Shown: positions 26,477 to 35,020 of the stretch, one piece after another | Layout of the letters: every line of letters starts with the position of its first letter | Position numbering within the stretch: position 1 is the stretch's first letter | Source of the DNA: Flavobacteriaceae bacterium | GTDB taxonomy: Bacteria > Bacteroidota > Bacteroidia > Flavobacteriales > Flavobacteriaceae | Length of the DNA stretch: 64,000 nucleotides | Direction of reading: 5' to 3' | Assembly (NCBI GenBank): GCA_002719315.1 | Contig: PBHD01000005.1 | Coordinates: 155,133-219,132 of the forward strand | Notes under the pieces: model-generated | What the model was told of the DNA's origin: nothing | The model's database searches: none | Seen by the model: the letters and a program-made list of their open reading frames with translations, nothing else | Translations under genes and position numbers: made by a program

Positions 26477-28801
26477 ATGGCCAAAAATTATTCATCAAGA
26501 ATTCAAACTGAAAATTTTTTTCCAATACTTTTAATTCTTTCTTATTTGTGTATAGGCTTTGTTCCAAATTGGGAAGCAGTTGATAAAATAGCTCCTCAAT
26601 GGTTAGTAATGAGTGTTTTAAATTTTATTTCCTCTGTTTACGTTGGGTTTTATATAAAGTCCTTTGGATTATCATTAAATGTTAGTCTTAGAACGTGGAT
26701 TTCAATTGTTTATATTTTATTTATTTTATGGGCAGCAATATCATATTATTATGCAATTAATCCTACGGAAGTATTAGTTAATATTGCTAGACAAATCAAT
26801 GTTTTTTTGATGTTTCTTTTTATGAGTATTTTTTTTCATAAAGTAAAATCTAAGTCAACATTAGTCTCATATTTTATTATAATTATTCTTTCAATTGAAA
26901 TATATTCAGTATTGAATCAGGCCATGCAAATGATTGAATCTACTGGTTCTATTTCCTCAGGATCTTTAAAAGGAGTAACTGCTAACAGAAATATTACAGC
27001 TTTTTCAATTGCAATAAAGATTCCTTTTGCTTTGTATTTAATTTATCTTTCAAAAAATAATTTTTTTAAATTATTATTTTCTCTAATTATTTTTTCTTCT
27101 ATTTTATGTTTAACTATGATTGAAAGTCGTGCTGCATTTTTGGCACTTGGCTTAATTTTATTTTTATATGTTTTAATGAATATTATTTTATTCTTAAAAT
27201 CAAAAAAATCAATTAATAAATTATTAGTCAGTTTATATCTTATAATACCACTTTTTTTTGCAGTTTTAGTTAATCAAATTTATTATGCAGATAAAGGAGT
27301 AGATGCAGTATCCAGAGCAGCTACAATTTCTTTTGGAACAAATGATGGATCTGTAAATCAAAGACTGAGGTATTATGAAGATGTCTATAATCATGTTGTT
27401 TTAAATCCAATTTTTGGAGTTGGTTTAGGAAACTGGAAATTAAAATCTATTGAATATGATAATAGAGACATTACAGGTTATATTGTTCCTTATCATGCTC
27501 ACAGTGATTTCATTCAATTAGGAGCTGAATTAGGTATTATTGGTTTTTTTCTATATCTAGGCATCTTTTTATTTACAGTTCTTTTTGGTTTAAAAATTAT
27601 TTGGAAATCAAAAATTAGTGAAAAAGATAAAGTTTTTATTTTCATTTTAATTATTTCACTGGGAGTTTATTCTATTGATGCTAATCTTAATTTTCCTATT
27701 GCAAGACCTCAAGTACTTATAGTTTGGACTTTGCTACTAGCAATAATAAACAACTATGTTATAAATTATATTAGATTATCTGAAGGAGGAATAAAGTATA
27801 AGTTTATAAATCCAATTTTTATAATATCATCTATTTTAGCTTTAGTTTTTTGTTTAGTTACAACTAACACAACTTATAATTCTCTTAAAGGTCAAATGGT
27901 TTTATTAAGAGATTTCAACTCAAACTCTTTTACTGTTCCTATAAATAAGATTGATGATTTTGTTCCAGAAATGCCAAACATAACTGTTACTACAATTCCA
28001 ATGAAATCTGTAAAAGCAAGATATTATTTCAATGCAAAAAAATATGATAAAGCATTAGAGTTATTAAGTGAAGGCACCAATGCTAATCCATATCTTTATT
28101 ATAGTGAGTTATTAAAAAGTCAAATATTTTTGGCTAAAGGAAATATTGATAGTGCATATTATTATGGAAGAAAAGCTTTTTATAATCTTCCAAATAATTC
28201 CCTTCATTCAACTAATTATGTTAATATTTTGATTCAAAAAAGAGATTTATTAGAAATTAATAATGCATTTGAATTATTAACCTATAAAGACAATAAAATA
28301 AATTGGAAAAATTATTTGGTTGCTGCTTCGAACTTTACTCCACCTGGAAATAAAATTTTAACTGAAAGAGCAAAAATTGCAAAAGATAAATTTATAGATG
28401 ATTTAGAATTCGATAATTTATATAAGTCGATTGCAGTTGGAAATCAAAATTTTACTGAGGCATTAAATATTTCACAAAAAGCACTTGAATTTTATAATGA
28501 TAAGAATTATAAACTTGCTGCTGAATTTTATCAAAAATCTATTGATTTAAATCCTTTAGAGTTTTCCTATAGAGAAAATGCTGCAGCATCTTATTATTTA
28601 ATTGGGGATTTAATAAATGCAGAAAAACATATAGATGTTGTTCTTAATGAAATGAATCCTTTAACTGGCAAAGCTGAATATATTAAAGCAATAATATTTA
28701 TAGCTATGGGAGATAATTTAGGAGCTTGTCCATTTCTCCAGACTTCTTTAGATAGTGGTTATGAACAGGCAAGACAAGCTTTTGAACAGAATTGTAATTA
28801 A
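26477..28801 (+). CDS. O-antigen ligase-fold (Wzy_C) membrane protein with C-terminal TPR domain, paralogue B
   Basis: Collinear with paralogue A: ESRAAFLALGL, DGSVNQRLRYY, GVGLGNWKL and VPYHAHSDFIQLGAELGIIG. The TPR tail ends ...GACPFLQTSLDSGYEQARQAFEQNCN. Confidence 0.8.
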   Translation: MAKNYSSRIQTENFFPILLILSYLCIGFVPNWEAVDKIAPQWLVMSVLNFISSVYVGFYIKSFGLSLNVSLRTWISIVYILFILWAAISYYYAINPTEVLVNIARQINVFLMFLFMSIFFHKVKSKSTLVSYFIIIILSIEIYSVLNQAMQMIESTGSISSGSLKGVTANRNITAFSIAIKIPFALYLIYLSKNNFFKLLFSLIIFSSILCLTMIESRAAFLALGLILFLYVLMNIILFLKSKKSINKLLVSLYLIIPLFFAVLVNQIYYADKGVDAVSRAATISFGTNDGSVNQRLRYYEDVYNHVVLNPIFGVGLGNWKLKSIEYDNRDITGYIVPYHAHSDFIQLGAELGIIGFFLYLGIFLFTVLFGLKIIWKSKISEKDKVFIFILIISLGVYSIDANLNFPIARPQVLIVWTLLLAIINNYVINYIRLSEGGIKYKFINPIFIISSILALVFCLVTTNTTYNSLKGQMVLLRDFNSNSFTVPINKIDDFVPEMPNITVTTIPMKSVKARYYFNAKKYDKALELLSEGTNANPYLYYSELLKSQIFLAKGNIDSAYYYGRKAFYNLPNNSLHSTNYVNILIQKRDLLEINNAFELLTYKDNKINWKNYLVAASNFTPPGNKILTERAKIAKDKFIDDLEFDNLYKSIAVGNQNFTEALNISQKALEFYNDKNYKLAAEFYQKSIDLNPLEFSYRENAAASYYLIGDLINAEKHIDVVLNEMNPLTGKAEYIKAIIFIAMGDNLGACPFLQTSLDSGYEQARQAFEQNCN

Positions 28802-28804
28802 AGT

Positions 28805-28821
28805 AAGTACTTTTTTTACCT
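28805..28821 (+). promoter_or_regulatory. Degenerate fourth copy of the island motif
   Basis: AAGTACTTTTTTTACCT matches the core AAGTACTTTTGTTACTT at 15 of 17 positions. It lies 44 nt upstream of copy 1. Confidence 0.35.
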
Positions 28822-28846
28822 AAATATTTTGATACTTAATATTTTT

Positions 28847-28868
28847 TTAAGTACTTTTGGTACTTGAT
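28847..28868 (+). promoter_or_regulatory. Island motif copy 1 (contains a Bacteroidota-type -7 box)
   Basis: TTAAGTACTTTTGGTACTTGAT. TACTTTTG (28852-28859) fits TAnnTTTG. Direct repeat GTACTT-N3-GTACTT. It lies 25 nt upstream of the ATG at 28884. Confidence 0.6.
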
Positions 28869-28883
28869 ATAAGTTTAATTAAA

Positions 28884-29396
28884 ATGTTAGGTAAATTAAT
28901 TACTTCTAAAACCCGGTTGAGACTTTTATTAAAATTTTTTATTTCACAAGCCAACCGGGGTTATTTAAATGGTTTGGCAACTGAAATGGGAGAATCTTCT
29001 AATGCAATCAGAAAAGAACTTAATCACCTTTATGGAGCGGGGTATCTTCAAAAAATTAAATCAAATAATAAAGTTGAATATAAAGCTAATATAAAACATC
29101 CATTATTTGAAGTTCTTCAAAAAGTTGTATTTAAACATTTAGGTCTTGAAGATTTAGTTGAAACAGTATTAGATAGGATGGGTAATGTAAAACAAATTGT
29201 TTTAGTTGGAGATTATGCCAAAGGGAATGATTCAGGTAATATCGAAGTTTTTCTTATTGGAAAAAATTTGAATATGGAATATATAGCTCAATTGGAAGAA
29301 AAAATCGAAAAATTAATTAAAAGAAAAGTTAGCTTTTATTTGGCAACAAAAATTTTAAATGATCAACCTAATATTGTGCTTTATAATAATAATTAA
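28884..29396 (+). CDS. Winged-helix (ArsR-like) DNA-binding protein fused to a degenerate nucleotidyltransferase-like domain; first gene of the island
   Basis: N-terminal wHTH-like TRLRLLLKFF...GYLNGLATEMGESSNAIRKELNHLYGAGYL. C-terminal VLVGDYAKGNDSGNIEVFLIG resembles an MNT-type NTase core but lacks the DxD. Start moved from the TTG at 28857, which lies inside the motif, to the ATG at 28884. Confidence 0.65.
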   Translation: MLGKLITSKTRLRLLLKFFISQANRGYLNGLATEMGESSNAIRKELNHLYGAGYLQKIKSNNKVEYKANIKHPLFEVLQKVVFKHLGLEDLVETVLDRMGNVKQIVLVGDYAKGNDSGNIEVFLIGKNLNMEYIAQLEEKIEKLIKRKVSFYLATKILNDQPNIVLYNNN

Positions 29397-29398
29397 TA

Positions 29399-29749
29399 AT
29401 GATTTCAATTGAAAAAGAAGATCGTCCATGGGGAAGGTTTTTTGTTTTGCATGATGAACCTCAGTATAAAATAAAAAGAATTGAAGTAGAACCTGGGCAT
29501 AGGCTATCTTATCAATATCACAATTCTAGATCTGAAGTTTGGTCAATTGTTAGTGGCGAGGCAATAATAACAATTAATGGATTAGAAGGAGAGTATAATG
29601 TTGGAAAGGCAGTTATAATTCCTCAAGGAACAAAACATCGTATTCAAAATAATGGAAATGAAAAACTAATTTTTATTGAAGTTCAAACTGGAACTTATTT
29701 TGGTGAGGATGATATAGTAAGGATTGAAGATGATTATAATAGAACTTGA
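29399..29749 (+). CDS. Cupin-domain protein (mannose-6-phosphate isomerase type II C-terminal-domain-like)
   Basis: WGRFFVL...YKIKRIEVEPGHRLSYQYHNSRSEVWSIVSGEA is typical of the PMI/GMP cupin. Confidence 0.7.
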   Translation: MISIEKEDRPWGRFFVLHDEPQYKIKRIEVEPGHRLSYQYHNSRSEVWSIVSGEAIITINGLEGEYNVGKAVIIPQGTKHRIQNNGNEKLIFIEVQTGTYFGEDDIVRIEDDYNRT

Positions 29750-29750
29750 A

Positions 29751-30173
29751 ATGAAAAAAGTTATAATTGTATCAGGGTATTTTAATCCACTTCATAAAGG
29801 ACATATTGAATATTTTAAACTTTCTAAACAGAAAGGTGATTTACTTTTTGTTATTATTAATAATGATATTCAAAGGGAATTAAAAGGATCAAAAAAATTT
29901 ATGGACCAAGAAGAAAGATTATTAATTATTAGCGAATTGAAATTGGTTGATAAGGCATATTTATCTATTGATGAAGATAAATCTGTTTCAAAAACAATTG
30001 AAAAAATTTTTAAAGAATGTAATAAAAATCGAAAATTTTATTTTGCTAATGGTGGTGATCAGAGATTATTAAATATACCAGAAAGTGAAATTTGTCAAAA
30101 GTTGGGAATTGAATTAATTGATGGGTTAGGAGATAAAATCCAGTCTTCTTCTTGGATTTTGAAAAATTTGTAA
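29751..30173 (+). CDS. Small cytidylyl/adenylyltransferase (HxGH nucleotidyltransferase; TagD / RfaE-domain-II-like)
   Basis: The VSGYFNPLHKGHIEYF motif. Start moved to the ATG at 29751 (MKKVIIVSG). Confidence 0.7.
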   Translation: MKKVIIVSGYFNPLHKGHIEYFKLSKQKGDLLFVIINNDIQRELKGSKKFMDQEERLLIISELKLVDKAYLSIDEDKSVSKTIEKIFKECNKNRKFYFANGGDQRLLNIPESEICQKLGIELIDGLGDKIQSSSWILKNL

Positions 30174-30174
30174 A

Positions 30175-31593
30175 ATGGATATAAAAAGAATTTGTTGTAT
30201 TGGTGCTGGTTTTGTTGGTGGCCCAACAATGGCCGTAATTGCTCTTAATTGTCCTGAAATTGAAATTACAGTTGTAGACAATAATCCTGAAAGAATTTCA
30301 GCTTGGAATAATAAGAATTTGGATTTGTTGCCTGTTTATGAGCCAGGTCTAAAAGATATAATAAAAAAAGTTAGAGGTAAGAATTTATTTTTTTCTGACA
30401 AAATAGATGATGCAATCATTTCATCTCAAATGATTTTTATGGCAGTAAATACTCCAACAAAAATTAAGGGTAAAGGTAAAGGTATGGCTGCTGATTTGAC
30501 TTTTGTTGAAAAATGTGCATATCAAATTGGTAAAGTTTCTACAGATGATAAAATTATTGTTGAAAAATCAACTCTTCCAGTAAGAACAGCTGAAAGAATA
30601 AAAAAAATATTAGAATCATTTGATAAGCCTATTAATTTTGAAGTTATTTCAAATCCAGAATTTTTAGCTGAAGGAACCGCTATTAATGATTTATTTAAAT
30701 CTGATAGGGTTTTAATTGGAGGAGATTCAACAATTGAAGGGAAAAAAGCAGTCTCATCTCTAGTAAAAATTTATTCAAGATGGATTAAAAGAAATAGAAT
30801 TTTGTTAACCAATGTATGGTCATCTGAGTTAATTAAACTTGCATCAAATGCTATGTTAGCTCAAAGAATTTCATCAATAAATGCCCTCTCAGCTTTTTGT
30901 GAAAAAACTGGAGCTAATATAGAGGAAGTTTCAAAAGGTATTGGTCTAGATTCAAGAATAGGTCCAAAATTCTTAAAAGCTTCAGTTGGATTTGGAGGGA
31001 GTTGTTTTCAAAAGGATATTTTGAATTTAGTTTATTTATGTGAATATTATAATTTGAAAGAAGTTGCTGAATATTGGCATCAAGTTGTAAAAATAAATGA
31101 TTATCAAAAAAACAGATTTTCAAATAAAATAATAGAATCGTTTAATTATTCAATTAAAAACAAAATAATAACAATTTTGGGGTGGGCATTTAAAAAAGAC
31201 ACTAATGATTCTAGAGAATCTGCATCTATATATGTTACAGAAAAGTTATTAGGTGCAGGGGCTAAAATTAAAGTTTATGATCCAATGATTGATGAAAAAA
31301 GAGTTTATTCAGATTTGAGAATTTTTCTAGAATATAGAGGTTTGAGTTACAAAGAAATAGAATCAAAAATTTCAAGTGTAAGCGTTTATTCTGATTATAA
31401 GGCTGCTATTTCAAAAACTAATGCTATTGCTATACTTACTGAATGGGACGAGTTCAAATCATATAATTGGAAAAATTTGATAAAAAAAATGTCACTTCAA
31501 TATAAAATTTTTGATGGCCGGAATATAATTAATTCAGATGATGTAAACAGTAAAATTTATAAATTAGGAATTACTCAGTTTAAAAATATATGA
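30175..31593 (+). CDS. ugd: UDP-glucose 6-dehydrogenase, long animal-like type
   Basis: ICCIGAGFVGGP, NPEFLAEGTA and the catalytic Cys segment GFGGSCFQKDILNLVYLCE. It is collinear along its length with my recollection of animal UGDH. Confidence 0.85.
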   Translation: MDIKRICCIGAGFVGGPTMAVIALNCPEIEITVVDNNPERISAWNNKNLDLLPVYEPGLKDIIKKVRGKNLFFSDKIDDAIISSQMIFMAVNTPTKIKGKGKGMAADLTFVEKCAYQIGKVSTDDKIIVEKSTLPVRTAERIKKILESFDKPINFEVISNPEFLAEGTAINDLFKSDRVLIGGDSTIEGKKAVSSLVKIYSRWIKRNRILLTNVWSSELIKLASNAMLAQRISSINALSAFCEKTGANIEEVSKGIGLDSRIGPKFLKASVGFGGSCFQKDILNLVYLCEYYNLKEVAEYWHQVVKINDYQKNRFSNKIIESFNYSIKNKIITILGWAFKKDTNDSRESASIYVTEKLLGAGAKIKVYDPMIDEKRVYSDLRIFLEYRGLSYKEIESKISSVSVYSDYKAAISKTNAIAILTEWDEFKSYNWKNLIKKMSLQYKIFDGRNIINSDDVNSKIYKLGITQFKNI

Positions 31594-33335
31594 TTGTAAA
31601 TAAATTAAGACACATCGTTTCTAATAGGTATAATAATAAAATTTTTCTTTTAATTATTTTATTAATTATTGGAATGATTATAGAAGCTTTTGGACTAGGA
31701 ATAGTTATACCAGTACTTTCAACAATTCTTGAACCAAAAACCTTACTTGATTATGATTTTATATTTAATCTCTTTGAACTTATTAATATAAAGACAGATG
31801 TTGAAATAAGATTATTTATTTTGAGTTTCTTAATATCAATATATCTATTTAAAGCATTATTCTTAATATTCTTATCTTATTTTCAGTTCAAATTTTTAGG
31901 CAATTTATCTTATCATTTAACAAATAAGCTTTTTGGAATATATCTCCAACAACCATATAAATTTTATTTGAATAATAATTCGTCAGAATTAGTTAAAGAT
32001 ATTCAAGTTGAAATTACTTTGATGATTTCTTTTTTACAATCTGTAATTGCAATAGTAACTGAATCCTTTTTAGTATTATCCGTATTAATAACATTAATTT
32101 TTATTGAACCAACAGGGGCAATTTATATTATATTCTTTTTCTCATTCTTTTCAATAATTTATTTTCAATTAACAAGAAAAAAACTTTCAATTTGGGGAAA
32201 AGAAAGACAAGCTAAGGATAGTAAAATATATAGGACAGTTATGGAAAGTCTGTCAGGCATTAAATCTATTAAGGTTTTAGTAAAAGAGAATTTTTTTAAA
32301 AAAATTTTAATGAAATCTACTAGAGTAAAATACGATATATTTATTAAACAAAATACTGTCAATTTAATACCAAGACATTATTTAGAATTTTTAACAATTC
32401 TTGGATTATCATTATTAATATTAATTGTAATGAATAAGCATGAACAGCTTAATAATGTCATAATTTCAATAGGGGTGTGCTTAGCTGCGATTTTTAGAAT
32501 ACTACCGTCATTTAATAGAATAATTTCATCTATTCAAAATTTAAAGTTTCATGCCCCAAGTGTTGAGTCTGTTTACCAAGCATTTACTAAAAATGATTTA
32601 GTTAATAAAGATTATAATCTAAATGATAAAAAAATATTGGTTTTTAAAGAAAAAATATCACTAAAAAATATAAGTTTTTCATATGACAGATTTAATAATA
32701 TTTTAAATGATGCTAATTTTGAAATCAGAAAAGGAGAATCTATAGGAATTATCGGACAATCTGGTCAAGGTAAAAGTACTTTGGCGGATTTAATAACAGG
32801 TCTTTTAGAGCCAAATAAAGGGCAAATTAAAGTTGATGGAACTAATATGAAAAATTTAAACTTGATTTCATGGAAAAAAAACATTGGATATGTTCCACAA
32901 GAAATTTTTCTTATAGATGATAGTATAAAAAACAATATTGCTCTAGGGGTTTCTGATGATCAAATTTCTTTAAACAGGTTAAATAAAGCTATAAATAAAT
33001 CACAATTAATAAATTTTGTTAACTCTTTAAATAAAAAAATAGACACAAAAGTTGGAGAACGCGGTGTTCAATTATCTGGAGGGCAAAGACAAAGAATAGG
33101 AATAGCAAGGGCATTGTATAATGATCCGGAGATATTGATATTAGATGAAGCTACCAGTTCACTTGATGTTAAAACTGAAAAAGAGTTTATGAATGCAATA
33201 AACTTATTGAAAAGAGAAAAAACATTAATTATAATATCTCATAGATTTTCTACAATAAAAGATTGTGATAAAATTTATGAGATTAAAAATAAAACTTTAA
33301 AAAAAATAGATATAAATGAAAAACAATTGATTTAG
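31590..33335 (+). CDS. Fused TMD-NBD ABC exporter (MsbA/type I exporter-like)
   Basis: Six N-terminal TM helices. Walker A GQSGQGKST, signature LSGGQRQR, Walker B ILILDEATS. ATGA overlap with ugd. Confidence 0.85.
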   Translation: MIVNKLRHIVSNRYNNKIFLLIILLIIGMIIEAFGLGIVIPVLSTILEPKTLLDYDFIFNLFELINIKTDVEIRLFILSFLISIYLFKALFLIFLSYFQFKFLGNLSYHLTNKLFGIYLQQPYKFYLNNNSSELVKDIQVEITLMISFLQSVIAIVTESFLVLSVLITLIFIEPTGAIYIIFFFSFFSIIYFQLTRKKLSIWGKERQAKDSKIYRTVMESLSGIKSIKVLVKENFFKKILMKSTRVKYDIFIKQNTVNLIPRHYLEFLTILGLSLLILIVMNKHEQLNNVIISIGVCLAAIFRILPSFNRIISSIQNLKFHAPSVESVYQAFTKNDLVNKDYNLNDKKILVFKEKISLKNISFSYDRFNNILNDANFEIRKGESIGIIGQSGQGKSTLADLITGLLEPNKGQIKVDGTNMKNLNLISWKKNIGYVPQEIFLIDDSIKNNIALGVSDDQISLNRLNKAINKSQLINFVNSLNKKIDTKVGERGVQLSGGQRQRIGIARALYNDPEILILDEATSSLDVKTEKEFMNAINLLKREKTLIIISHRFSTIKDCDKIYEIKNKTLKKIDINEKQLI

Positions 33336-33336
33336 A

Positions 33337-33969
33337 ATGATTGTACAAATTTTAATTGATAACATAAATTCATGGATGATACCATATGCTAAAAGGTTTT
33401 TACCCGAAATAAATCATTTAGGCTATAAGACAAATTTAGTTTTCGACTCTAATCATGTTGTTAAAGGGAATGTTTTAATTCTATTATCCTGTGAAAAAAT
33501 TTTTAAGAAATTAAAATTAAATGATTTTAATATTGTTGTTCATGAGAGTAAACTTCCAAAAGGTAAAGGGTTTTCTCCTATGACATGGCAAGTTTTAGAA
33601 GGAAAAACAAGAATACCTATTTCTCTTTTTGAAGCAACAAAAAAAGTTGATTCTGGTAGAGTTTATTTTCAAGATTTTATAAAACTAGATGGTTTTGAAT
33701 TAATTGATGAAATAAGGGAAAAACAGGCTAATAAGACTAAAGAATTAATTTTAAATTTTTTAAAAAAAATTAATAATTTAAAAGTTATTCAAAAAAGAGG
33801 AGAAGAATCCTTTTACAGGAGAAGGACATCTAAAGACAGTATGTTAGATATAAATAAAACTATTAAAGAGCAATTTAATTTGCTAAGGGTTGTAGATAAT
33901 TTGAGATACCCAGCTTATTTTAAAATTGGAAAAAACAACTATAAAATTGAAATTACTAAAATGAATTAA
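33337..33969 (+). CDS. Formyltransferase-fold protein 1 (atypical active-site spacing)
   Basis: VVHESKLPKGKGFSPMTWQVLEG resembles the H-x-S-L-LP-x-x-RG formyltransferase segment. KKVDSGRVY supplies the downstream Asp. Confidence 0.6.
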   Translation: MIVQILIDNINSWMIPYAKRFLPEINHLGYKTNLVFDSNHVVKGNVLILLSCEKIFKKLKLNDFNIVVHESKLPKGKGFSPMTWQVLEGKTRIPISLFEATKKVDSGRVYFQDFIKLDGFELIDEIREKQANKTKELILNFLKKINNLKVIQKRGEESFYRRRTSKDSMLDINKTIKEQFNLLRVVDNLRYPAYFKIGKNNYKIEITKMN

Positions 33970-33988
33970 TTTTTATTATCTAAAAAAA

Positions 33989-35020
33989 ATGGAAAAGATT
34001 GAAACTAAATTTTCTTCAATATCTGATGAAAACCCTTGTTATATCATCGCCGAAATTGGAAGCAATCATAATGGAAATTTTGATTTAGCCTGTGAAATGA
34101 TTGAAAAAGCTTCAGAAGCAGGAGTTAATGCAGTAAAATTCCAGACATTTAAAGCTTCAAATCATTATTCAAAAAACACGAAAAAAATCAGTCTTTATGA
34201 AGAAGATATTTATTCTTTGATTGAAAAGTTAGAAATTAATAGATCTTGGCATAAAAAACTTTCAAAAGTTTGTTATCAAAAAAGGTTAGATTTTTTAGAT
34301 TCACCTTGCGATGACGAAGCAATAGATATAGCTATTAAAGTAGATATGCCTTTAATAAAAGTATCATCTTTTGATATGGTTGATGATAGATTAATTAGAA
34401 GAATTTCGAATACAGGAAGAGGTATTGTTTTTTCCTCAGGAATGGCTAATATGTCTGAAATTGAAAATGCAATAAATATTTCTAGATCTTGTAATAATCA
34501 TAAAATTGCAGTTTTACAGTGCACTTCTATTTATCCTGCTCCTTATTCAATAGTGAACTTAAATTCAATGGAAACAATTAAAAAAGCATTTAATGTAATA
34601 GTTGGGTATTCTGATCATACTCTTGGTGATCATATTTCTTGTGCAGCAGTTGCTATGGGAGCTAAAATAATTGAAAAACATTTTACATTAAACAGAGATT
34701 TTAAAGGGCCAGATCATAGTTTTGCTATTGAATATAATGAACTTAAAGATATGGTTAATAAAATAAGAGATATTGAAATAGGTATGGGAGATGGCATTAA
34801 AAATGGTCCAAGACATGAGGAAATGGAATTTTACAGAAATGCTAGAAGAAGTGTAATTGCGAAAAGAAATATAAAAAAAGGTCAAGTAATCAAAGACGAA
34901 GATTTAATTGTTAAAAGACCAAATTATGGTATACACCCAAAATTTTTATCAGTAATTATTGGAAGAAAAGCAAAGGTTGAAATAATTGAAGATGAACCTG
35001 TAACATGGGAAAAAATATAA
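33989..35020 (+). CDS. Nonulosonic acid synthase (NeuB/PseI/LegI family)
   Basis: The IIAEIGSNHNG motif, a TIM-barrel-length core and a C-terminal SAF-like segment RSVIAKRNIKKGQVIKDEDLIVKRP. Confidence 0.85.
   Translation: MEKIETKFSSISDENPCYIIAEIGSNHNGNFDLACEMIEKASEAGVNAVKFQTFKASNHYSKNTKKISLYEEDIYSLIEKLEINRSWHKKLSKVCYQKRLDFLDSPCDDEAIDIAIKVDMPLIKVSSFDMVDDRLIRRISNTGRGIVFSSGMANMSEIENAINISRSCNNHKIAVLQCTSIYPAPYSIVNLNSMETIKKAFNVIVGYSDHTLGDHISCAAVAMGAKIIEKHFTLNRDFKGPDHSFAIEYNELKDMVNKIRDIEIGMGDGIKNGPRHEEMEFYRNARRSVIAKRNIKKGQVIKDEDLIVKRPNYGIHPKFLSVIIGRKAKVEIIEDEPVTWEKI

Noticed and set aside
28857-28883. ORF-track TTG starts at 28857 (wHTH gene) and 46976 (RmlD-like gene).
   Set aside because: Both TTGs lie inside the conserved 19-nt motif, at the same motif position in both copies, so they are a coincidence of the motif sequence. 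Downstream starts (ATG 28884, TTG 47009) give N-termini typical of the families.
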